A DNA stretch of 64,000 nt from Enoplolaimus lenunculus (lineage: Eukaryota): contig JASANG010001546.1 of NCBI GenBank assembly GCA_030248215.1, forward strand, positions 434,001 to 498,000. Reading direction: 5' to 3'. The notes beneath the pieces are model-generated. The model saw only the letters and a program-made list of their open reading frames with translations, ran no database searches and was not told the DNA's origin. The position numbers and the translations under genes are program-made. Below are positions 13,350 through 24,500 of the stretch, piece by piece (position 1 is the first letter of the stretch; each line of letters begins with the position of its first letter).

Positions 13350-13574
13350 TTACGCAGATTTCGACTCAACATAACTGGTTTCTTTTCCTGTTTTTTTAAT
13401 AATCTCCAACAATTCTTCTGCTGTCATCGCAGACGTTACGTGAACTTGTTTAGTGTCCATGTTTATGTCAACATTTTGAACTTTATCTCCTTGTTTTCCA
13501 AGAACACGCTTCACTGCGCCTGAACAACCTTCACATGTCATTTCAACATTGAATGTATGAACTTGGGCTGACAT
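13350..13574 (-). CDS. ATOX1: Copper chaperone ATOX1/Atx1 (cuc-1 ortholog), 74 aa, intronless CDS
   Basis: HMA fold with MTCEGC metal-binding motif, AVKRVL and KTGK. TTTTTCAG acceptor at 13621-13628 just upstream. An in-frame ATG at 13583 is an alternative start. Confidence 0.96.
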   Translation of the reverse strand: MSAQVHTFNVEMTCEGCSGAVKRVLGKQGDKVQNVDINMDTKQVHVTSAMTAEELLEIIKKTGKETSYVESKSA

Positions 13575-13684
13575 GTTGAACATTCACACGATTAACTCAA
13601 ATTCGAAATAAAATGTAACGCTGAAAAAATTGTAGATACTGCTCGCATACGTCGATGTGGATAATGCATAACAGTCCACTAAAC

Positions 13685-13874
13685 GGCCAATGTAAAGAAC
13701 AGAAGCGGAACAGTATTATAAGCAGATTCCTAAGCCTAAGCCTGAACCTAAGCGTATGAATGATTCTTAAGCGTAAGAATGATTCTTGAGCGTAAGCCAA
13801 GCAATAATTAAATTAAACTAAAGCTTACTCTATTCTAGTCCCAAAGAAAAACTATCCGCTCCTGATCTTTACAT
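13685..13874. mobile_element. Telomere-repeat-bearing MITE, family A
   Basis: GGCCAATGTAAAGAACAG...CTGATCTTTACAT termini, internal CCTAAG repeats; colinear with 24659-24860. Confidence 0.85.
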
Positions 13875-14702
13875 ATTGAACGTTAGGGCTAACGCGGCTT
13901 CCAGACGACGCTTCGCCGTCTACGTATCTATCAGGATATAAGGAAATTCTGTTATTTTCATGCTTCAATGTATTTCTAAACCACATATAACTGGCACAAG
14001 TTTTCATTATAGCTCACGCTTATTCAATTTAAAATTAAAATGACGAAATGCATCCAAAATTTTAAATTAAGTATCCGTTTTCGGACTCCGTTATGTTGCA
14101 TACAATTTGTTTCCGTATTTTTAACGAGTGACAAATGTGTAGCCTCGCTATCTATATTTGGTCAATTAACACAACCTAATCTATACGCTCTTATACGCCG
14201 CCAAATGCTGAAAACAACTAGAGCAAATAATTTACTAACAATAAACTTTTAAAACATTTACTATCGAACATAATATTCAGGGTACAACCGAAGGTCTGCC
14301 TCCGGCCCCGGCAGAGATACGACCTCCGACTTTTACCGAATACCAGAACCGGATAGTGAATTTTGCACCAGAACCGCATGTTAACTGGGTATAGAACAAA
14401 AATTGTACTGTTGGGAGTATTTGAGTCGTGCAAAGATATGTATTCATGGATTTAAGATTAACTGTTGGTGTGAATTTTTCATTCCACGTCAGTTTCTACT
14501 CTGGACTTGCCCGAAATTGCAGTCGGTGCACTTTGAAACATTTGGAACCACAACCGCAAATAAGCGGTTACGGCAGGTTATGCCGGACCCGGATGTCGGT
14601 TTTTGCCGGATATTAAATCGGAACCGGATGAGGTCGGTCTCTGGTAACAATATATACCTGCAGAATCTTTCACAAACTCATTTTGATTACGTTGATAGTA
14701 AA

Positions 14703-15106
14703 TAGGGATGTGCCGATACCAAAATTTTTACCGATGCCGATTCTTATACTGAAATTTTGCCGATTCCATCTTTAGTACACCATACTTAATAAGCAGATTG
14801 AATGCTACATTACATTATTATATGAAGGCTTAAACCCTAGCCATCATAAAACGATAAAAAATTTATTAGAAAGACTAATTTCAATTAATTTTTTCAAACA
14901 CAACCGAAAGAGAGATAACAATTTTCCTGAGCAGACACATTTGTGTGCGCCCAGAAATGAAATTGATAGCATTCCAACTGACTGTTATGTGCAAAAAGTT
15001 ATGTGCAAAAAGTATCGGGAAAAATCGGCAATTTTTTGCAGTGCCGATGCCGATACTCACGAAAAGTGCCTATTATTACCGATGCCGATTAATCGGCACA
15101 TCCCTA
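14703..15106. mobile_element. hAT-like MITE
   Basis: TIR TAGGGATGTGCCGAT/ATCGGCACATCCCTA with perfect 8-bp TSD ATAGTAAA (14695-14702, 15107-15114). Confidence 0.9.
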
Positions 15107-15806
15107 ATAGTAAACTCGAGGAAAAAACCGAATCACTGAGTTTCATGATGGACCAGTGAGAGTAACCTAGCGTTTTAAACATCTCATTTTTGTATCTCAT
15201 ATTGTCCTGAGCGAAAAAAATTGAACCAGTCTCATTTTTACGGGGAAAATTTACGCCCTGGCTGGTGTCATTTTTCCGTAGAGAAAAAATACAACGGTAA
15301 TATTTTTCCTCGGAATAACATACAGGAGGAAAAATTACGCCGTAACTTTAAGCTATGGCTGATGTAATTTTGCCGGTAGGAAAACTACACCGGTGTAACT
15401 TTTCCCGATGGAAATATTACTGGGTGAGCAAAATTACGCCGTAACACTGACAATTTCGGTAGTAAAATTTTGCAGTATTGCAAAATTTATTTGTTTGGCG
15501 ATGGTACAATTTTGAGAAAAAACTGCTGAAATTTCGTAAAAATAAGTTTGAAGCAAAAGATTGAACAACACCTTACAGATATTTGCTAAAATTTGCAAAT
15601 TAAACATCATTTTGTCTACCTAATTTCGCCTAACACACATACATATAACACAACAAATACAAAGAAATGGTCCTTAGCCACACGCGAGCTGACGGAATAG
15701 AGGGCAAACACCCGTAAATAGCAATTCGTCGTTCAATGTTTGAGAAACGAATCGCATCAAACAAACTTTTCAATTTGTAAGCCGCAATATACTTATCTAA
15801 AAAGTA

Positions 15807-18800
15807 TCAACTAATCCTAAGTTGTTTTTCCTTTCGGGCTTCTTTTTTGCGCTTTCGTGCAAGATAAGCGTCTACTTTTCCACTTGTCTTCAAATCTTTA
15901 TATTTTTCGTTCAACAGGGTCTGCTTTACTTCAGCTAAAAATGTGAAAAATATAAAATCTGACTGTTAACAGATGTAAAAACCCAACAAATGTGTAGCTC
16001 AGCACAGTCGACTGAAAAAGCATGTCATGTTTGCTATGGATTAAATTGCTTGTGTTATTCAGTGTACCGATGCGGGGTTCACGTTTAACTGGGGCAGCCC
16101 GGAACACGTTTTGTCCATGTTCATTCTACGTCAACATAAAATTGTGATCTGAGCGGCGGTTACGTAGACAAAATGTGAATGTCATAAGTCATTGGCTTCC
16201 GCTATACAGACACAATACAAATAGCATTAAACAACATACCGTTTTTAAACTTACATCTTTTCAGAAACACAGGCTTCTCACCACGTTTTAGTCGTTCCTG
16301 ATTGTCAGACCTGAGCTGCTTCAACAACGTTTTCTTTTGAGCGACTTGTTTGCTAGAAGACTCTTGATTTTTCTAAATAAAAAGCCAAAACAACGATTAG
16401 CCAAAAAATAAACACAAACATAACCAAAGAACAATACGTAATGCAAAAATGCTACAGTCTGAAAATATATTAAAGCGAACACAACACCTGTCTCAGGGTA
16501 CATACATTATACACCAATCAAATCTCAATAAGAATTCTAACTTACGCGGAAGCCATTGTGACTTGCAGTAAATAATAACATAGATTATATTATAAACCGC
16601 TAAATCAGTTTACTCTGCTACTCTTACCATTCTTTTGAGCAAAAAGTCAATTTTATTCCGCTCTTCCACATCGTTTGTTTTCTTTAGTTGGTCTAGCAAG
16701 TCCTGAAAAACTAATCGAACAGTAAACGAATGACCACAAACTTTTGAATAACTTGTTATGTTACAGGAAGAATTTTTTTACCATTTTCTTTTCATATACA
16801 ATACTTTTTTGAAACCCCAATGCATCCTAAAAACAGATTTGTAATTAATGGCACTAACTGTAAAAATAGTAGTACTTTAAAAAATTTTTTATATCCTTTA
16901 TAAACCGTTTGAAAAGTATGAAAACACAACTGAAGTGCTACTGCCTACCTGGCGTTCTTTTCGTTTAATTTCATCTAAAAACTCATAATTTTTCTGAAAC
17001 AACTTTGCGTCATAATCCCCTGCGTCTGCATCAAATCTAGGATCACAGACACGCTTGCGCTAAAACAAAAACATAATGAGTTCCGCATTTAAAGAATCCA
17101 AGGCAACCAAAGGTCGATGGAAAGGTAAAGCCTCTTGGTTGGATTGCTGTTTTCGAAGTTTAATGTATAGATAGATAGAGGATAAGAGAAACTATTATGA
17201 AAACGTTACGTATATATATTTCACTGTTCAAATAAAAATGAGACGCACCGGAACCTTTTCATCCCGAAATACATTCCGAACGCGGCTTGGTTTCACCTTG
17301 GACGACATTTCACGTGGCCTAACAAAACGAAATAAGAACATTAATGAAAAATATATTACCTGTTAAGCAGTCCACATTAAAGGCAACAAACACCACATAT
17401 ACAAAAGAGCATGGCAAAAGAGAATTGTAACGTTTAGTTGATCAAAAATCGCCTTTTATGTGAGCGAAAAACATTTTATGTAGCGCAAAATAAAGTGAAA
17501 TTTTTAGTATACAATGCCAAAAGAATGATATAAATACCTTAGTCGTTCGGCATAACACCAATTTTACAACGGCAAATAAAACTTCAAATTCTATAACAGT
17601 TTCGGTGCCTAAACATGTGATACAAGTGTGAGTAGGCCCAGACTATTCATTCAAAGCTAAATAAAATATAATGTGCTCTTGAGGTTTTCCTAGGCTACTG
17701 TGATTGGTGGGCTAGTGCATGTTAGCAAAAAGGAACTGGAAGAGGGGAGTGTGGGAGAGATAAGCAATTTTTTGTTGGGGGAGTGTGGGAGAGGTAAGTA
17801 AATTTTTTGTGGGGGGAGTGTGGGAGAAATAACTAAATTTTTTTTAATATTAAACTTCCTGTTTTCACGCTTTGCGCCCTTGATCAGTAAATATCTAGTA
17901 CCTAGGTACAATAATTCGACAAACAATTTATACACAACGTTAAAACTTGTGTTCTTAAATATCTGAAAACTTTAGGTAAATTTCGTGTTTACAGATAGGC
18001 TGAAAAATTGAAGGTCGACTGGGGGAAGGGTCTGAGTGGGAGGATCTCGAATGTGAGAGGAAGCCTCTTTCCCATTAAAAGAACCCCAGGGTTTCTGCGC
18101 TAAGTTTTCCTATATCATATTAATTGCATATATATGTGTTATGTCGCTTCCTATTCTTAATCCCCAAGTACAAAACAAATTTAAAATAGATTTAGTAGGA
18201 ACCAACCTTTTAACCGACTCTCGCTTGAAATCATTACTAACTGACTTGCGTTCGCTTGTTCCGCACAGTGTGCTCATATATCTGCAAAATGTTCAGGTTC
18301 CAAATTAATTTTGATGGCATTAAAAGCATTAAAAATTGCAACTTGCGGTCAAAGGCAGTGTACTTAAATGGGTTTGCCGTCTATCACAAGTTTACGAACT
18401 TAACTGAGATAGAGACATGACCAAAATCGGAAATGCAACGAACCACCATCGTTCAATTAAATTTCAAACGTACTTTTTGGAACCAATTTCATCTCTTAGC
18501 TTCAATAGCTCTCCCAATGGCAAGTTTTGAAACTCTGCAAACATCAACGTACGAAATGCATATATACAAAGGTATATACTAACTTCACAACAAATTTAGC
18601 TAGAATCGGAACGAAGCACAGTAAGTTTATTACATAACCATAGGCAAAATGTAGAGTGACGCGATATGGCAGATAACAAATGTATTAACACTAACTTCAT
18701 AACATTGGAGTATCAACAAAATGTCGCGTGACGTGATATAATAATAACTGTACCGTACTCCCAGGTACATGCTAACGTAAAAGGTACATAAAATTTGACG

Positions 18801-18918
18801 TTTACTGTATTTTTCTATCCCCAGCCCCGGGTAAAATGGTGGCCCCGGGACTTCTCTAATAATAATATATAAAGCTTACTTAACATAAGCAGAATCACAT
18901 ACCTTTACGAAGCTTGGC
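15807..18918 (-). CDS. RRP36: Ribosomal RNA processing protein RRP36 (5' exon(s) unresolved)
   Basis: Exons 18903-18918, 18474-18534, 18207-18281, 17249-17318, 16949-17059, 16628-16702, 16255-16372, 15807-15934 join in frame (217 aa). Sequence includes LPLGELLKLRDEIGSKKY, KRPREMSSK, DPRFDADAGDY, YEFLDEIK, KPVFLKRSE, EKYKDLK.SGK.D.YL.RKRKK. Confidence 0.92.
17735..17835. repeat. ~35-bp tandem repeat x3 (GGGGAGTGTGGGAGA core)
   Basis: Three visible units in an RRP36 intron. Confidence 0.8.
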
Positions 18919-20136
18919 CTAAAAACAAAGCAGTATTTCGATTTTACGTACATACACATTACAAAGATTATTTCTGCTTAATAAGTAATAACATTGCTCA
19001 ATAGTAACTATAGAGCATAGACAAAACAACCTGATGTGCTAGACACAGAGCACATGGTCATGTTTCGTGAACCGCAAATTAGAAAAATTACCAGCACCAA
19101 CATTCCTACTAGCTGGGATCCATAGGCGCAAAATTACCAATACAGCTATCACTAAAAGTTCTTTAGCTTGTAACGTGGTATGTTTAGCAACGTACATCAG
19201 CAATATTCGAAAACCCAGTTTCTTCTTCCATGATTTTTACAGAATCATATACGTAGTTGTTGGATCGATCTTTTTCAACTATACTTTTAGCGCCACGTAA
19301 GTCATCGCACTATGTAATGCTTATTATACAAGCACTATACCGCTGAGACACCCAGCCCGCCACTCCACCTACTTCTATCGTTCGGTTGTATAAGTCGACC
19401 GTACGCTGTCGACTAGTGTACATAAAGTGCACTGCGCTATATTTTACATGCATATAACTGACAAGCATGTCTCACATGCTTGCAAGCCACTGACAAAGCA
19501 AGCCTATTAAGCGTGGTGCGAACTTCAAGAACTTCAAAACATTTTGCCGCAAGCTAAAAAAGTAGGACTACGTAGCGGCGATCGACTTTTAAGTCTGCAT
19601 ATCCTTAATAAAATGGTGGTAAGTGATACCTAAGCCCAGCCAATAGCAAAATATGGACTTTCCATTGCTATTAAACGAACGAAATGTTCTGTAATTGCGT
19701 TACAACTATGCGAGGTAAATTTTCGCACATGTCACTAGCTAAGTATATACAACGATCTGGCGTTGCCCTAACAGTACCCTTCTATACCTTACTGTAACAG
19801 AGGGTTTCGTAGGTATTTGTAGAGCCAGAAGCATACTTCATGTACTACATTTCACCTTCGATTTTCAACACTCAGTGTGATGGAACTTGCAGAACCTATA
19901 TTTATATTCACAATGTGCTAAAACTCTAAGGTGTTTCCTAGGAAGATCGTATAAAGCCTTCTAGCACAGAAAGGGCACAAAAATATACGAATGTTATCTG
20001 CTTTGAAAAAGCTCGTAGCGGTGTGAAACTTTTCATTTCAACTCTTAGACATTACACTTTTGCTTCACAGTTTAAACGTACCTATAATGTCATACCTGTT
20101 GGTATTTCAGGTCCATGTAAAGATCAGGGGCGGGAC

Positions 20137-20510
20137 CAATGGCGGATCCATGTGGGGACCACCCCGGCCGTGCCCCCCAACAGCATCTTGACAAAAATTA
20201 TATAGTGTCAATTGCTGTTCTGCGCTGTTTATTTCTCTGTTTTATAATAAATAAGCACGCTTAATGTCACATTTTTTCGGACCTGGAGTCATTTGTGCGC
20301 TACAATTAGGGATACTAGACATTTATGGAGTCTAATCAGAGTTTAAGGACTCTACCCCCTTTTACGGACTCTTATTAGGGATACGGACTCCTATTATTTG
20401 GGACTCAAAATGGGGACCCCCTATTTGGGTTACTACAGTATGGGTCAAAAATAAGTTTATTACCTGTGAAATTTTGGCACCCCCATTTTGAGATCCTGGA
20501 TCCGCCACTG
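20137..20510. mobile_element. hAT-like MITE nested in a family-A element
   Basis: TIR CAATGGCGGATCCA/TGGATCCGCCACTG, TSD GGCGGGAC/GGCGGTAC; family-A sequence continues on both sides. Confidence 0.85.
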
Positions 20511-21579
20511 GGCGGTACGTTATTCTGTGGGACTAGAATAGATTAGTGTTAAGCTTGTTCACGTTATAACTGTGGAAACGATTTGTCGGCATGTTGATAC
20601 GCTATTAAATTCATAAAATTTAAACTGTTTGCTATCCTGATGGGACATTCATTAAAATTATGATACAATATTACATGTGTTCGAAATATTATCCGTAAAT
20701 GTCGACATGTTTGAAAATGTGTTCAAGGTTGTGGTAAACACATTTAGGTAGTTCCCGACAAAACCAGATGAACTAAAACGCAAATTCAGCATTCGAAATC
20801 TCACTTCAGGCACGGATGATGTTTGTACGATTTTAGCGCAATTATATTATTATGTGCTACCTTGTTCTTGGAACATAAAACGACTCAAGTATATGGTTAG
20901 AGGGAAGTGTGACATTCGATAGAATCAGAGACAATCACAAAAACACAAAGGTCCCTACAAGGACTTCATTTCGAGCGGGAATGAAAATCAAGCAGGGTAT
21001 TCTTAATGCCTGTAAAAACATGCGCGTTTTCCTGGTCTTTCCAGTAATTTAGGACAAGGATGTGTTTCCAAATTGCTTCCATTGTTGGGCTCAAGGGGTG
21101 CTACTCCGGTTTAGACCCAGCAAAAGTCGAAAATAAAAATTTGTATGCGTTTAGTTTTGCGCTCGCGCATGCTTCCACTATTTTATCTCGTGCGGCTCCC
21201 CTTTTAAAAATTCCATGATCCGTCACTCGTTCCTTTCCAGTAAATCAGCTTTCACGATGACGGAGCCATGAGAAAAATCAATTTTTAAATGTTTTTTGTG
21301 ATGTTTTGTCACTGTTTTGATAGTAATTTAGATTAATGAAAAAAAGATTTTTTTCCGTTTTATCACTCCCCTCGGCAAAAACGAAAATAAGCGGAAAACC
21401 CGATTTTTCAGTTGTCTTTTTCCGTGCACAACCCTGATGTGGGGTGTTCCAGCTCTACAGATTACCACAGGTTTCTTTTCTGTATTTCATGAACCAAGAG
21501 ACACATCATTGTCATTATCCTATGTTTATGAAACTGTAGGTATAGTGTGTCAGTCACAATGCCATGAGAACATTTTTAT

Positions 21580-24500
21580 TTAGCATTGATAAACATAAGG
21601 AAACGCGTTTGATTTGTCGAGTCTTATTGCTGGTGTTGTGTTATCTGTTTTCTGCTGTGAAATTTGAATAATCACCGAAATATAATGAGTGATAAATAGC
21701 CATGGTACGAACATAAAATGTAAAATTGTGAACGCAATATAATCTTTCGTCTTGCCACCGTTTTTCAGTTTTACTTCAGAGTACCAACTGCTGAACTGAA
21801 ACACAAACATTCCATCTCAGAATGTTGATGATTCACTGTAATTTCCAACGAGTGACTCATCAATTCAGCTAGCGAGTTGGTAATTTCCGAATTAATATCA
21901 GTAAACATTAACTCACTCAGAGTTGAGTTGATACTCATTCTGAGATGAGTTGACTCTGGGTGAGTTGATTAATTAACTCTGAATCAAGTGAACCAACTCG
22001 AAATTCTGAGTTCTGATAGTCATAAGTCATAATGAGTGATTCAACTAATTCTGAGTTCAAATCAACTCACTGAAAATTACAGTGTTCCAATTTATTGTAA
22101 TTGTAATTCTTAAGCATATCCTAGGTTAAATATGTTTTTAATGGACAAAATAGTCTGTGTTAATTATTAGCGCCTGCCATTTAAGCCTAAGACTTAAACC
22201 AGAAGTTACACCTAAGCTAAAACTGGTGTAAAATCATAACAAAGAGCCTTATTCTGTAAGCATACGCCTACACTTAAACCAGGTTTATATCCGATTCTGA
22301 TATTCAAGATATATATTGTTTGAAATTTAAAACAATTATGTCTTAATGCAGACACTATCGTGTTTATGTTTTAACCATTCAGACACAAATTTCTGTGCAG
22401 TTTAGGACTATAATGTTTGAATTACCAGAATTTAAGAAATTAAAAAATCCTGAAATTTCTACACATGTTTTGTGGGTGCATATAAGTACGCATTACCATA
22501 TTCTTCCCAGTCTGCAAGTCCTATTGTCTTGCAGATGGCAGAACCGTATAAAACTGGCACGGGCCGACGAAATAAACCCGACAAAAGGTTGAATGATAAA
22601 CGGGTTGAGTACCAATGGCGAAGAATGAAACACGGTTTATAAAACAAGACATCGAGAAACAAACCCAAATCAGCATAATCCAGATGAGTATTGAACTTCT
22701 CATCATTGTCATTAACAGGTCGGACCACTTTGAAACACACGTCACTCGAAAAAATGACAATTTAGTGTCAAAGTCAATATGATGTGTAGAAATCGTAATT
22801 GTCGTTGGACCAAAAACTTTAATTTCAATCGCGATTACAACCAGGATCCATGTTAAAATTATTTCTGCGACAGGAAGACATACTTGAACTGCGAATGTAA
22901 CCGAAGGATGCGTCCAGCATCTGGTAATAAAATTTTAACTCTTTCTCACATGAATATTTGCAATTTCACATGAGATGTAATTTCAAGATGAGATTCGAAC
23001 CCCAATCTCACGGGTGGGAGTTGTTTACGATGACCACTGAGCTATAGGAGCATGACGCTCGAGCCCGAGTAGGCTCTCACGTCTTGTGGATATTTAACAC
23101 TGCACATATATGTTATAAATGTCAAACACTGCTTACAATGTGTGTATTGCATGTACATTATTGTATTTAGTAACAGTATTATAAACATATTCCCAAGCCT
23201 AAGCCTTAATCTATGCGTAAGAATGAGCATATTACTAAGCCTAAGACTAAACCTAAGCCAAGCAACAAAATTAGTCTAAAGCTTAAGCTTACTCTATTCT
23301 AGTCCCACAGAATAACTATCCGCCTCTGATCTTTACATGGACCATACCCATTATGAATTTGTCTTTATTTAGATATATTTGAGACAATATTTCTTGAATA
23401 TTAGACACATTGTTTTGTGTGTTGCTTTAGATAACCCTTTTACGAAACCTAAATTTAAACCTAAGCCAAGCAAATGGGACGGAGTGTACAAAGGCCAAGA
23501 AATTCTATTAATATTTATATCAATGCATAAAGTAAACAAACCATAACATGCAAAAACACAAAGCAAACACAAAGATTCAATTGTGAAGCGATAAATAGAC
23601 AAAATTTAAAGTAAACGCTTAATAATCTTAATAGGATGTTACAACGCCGTTGTCATTTCCGTTAAGTTAAAATAACCTTCCTTAAAAATAAATTTGGGGC
23701 CTCAAAATTTAAAATTTGTTTCAAAAATGGTACAAGATCATTGGTCAATATATATTTACACTGTTTGTGATTATAAATTTTGGCTTTATTTCTGATTATG
23801 ATCATATTCTAACAAGAGTTCAAAACTGTCTTATTGCATGCGGGATATTGGCGAAATTAAATTGAAAAATTTTAAATTTGTCAGTATTTTTATTAAAGCT
23901 AAAAAGTGATATCTCAGGTCAAAACTAACAATCCGTCATTGCGGTAGAAACTGTCCGGTGTCGCTGCATAAATAACTCCAGTTACCAATGCGCTTAACGC
24001 TGGAAAAACAAAATAGAATTAAATAACATTTAGAAACGTCTTCTTATTTTAGCGACTGTATTCTCAAATGTGTATCACTGCAAAAAATGGTGAGTCAAAT
24101 TGCCTCTTTCCAAAGTAGAATTTTCGTGGCTACACAAACTGAGTCCAATTCGACTCCGCCACAGTCAAATTCGACTCACTGAGGCGCACGTTTTACTGCG
24201 GCGGAGTCGAATTTCTACTCAATTTGTGTAGTCCCGAAAAGCTTATTTCGAAGAGAGTCAATTTGACACGCCATTTTCTGCAGTGTAGCATCTATTACCA
24301 GATAGCGAATGATTTTCAAATTGTCAAATTCTTGCAAAAGCAAAACTTAAAACAGAAGTAGGAGACAGGTAAATACAAAAATATGCAGATTTTCGAAGCT
24401 CACCAATTACTGGCTTAAACACTACAACACGTGTCACTAATTGGTTAAAGGTTTTACACACATTTGAGAATATGGATGAGACTAAATGACATAATTCTTT

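Noticed and set aside
19000..21000. Candidate first exons of RRP36 (e.g. ~20871-20886, ~19856-19895)
   Set aside because: No phase-consistent, convincing combination was found.
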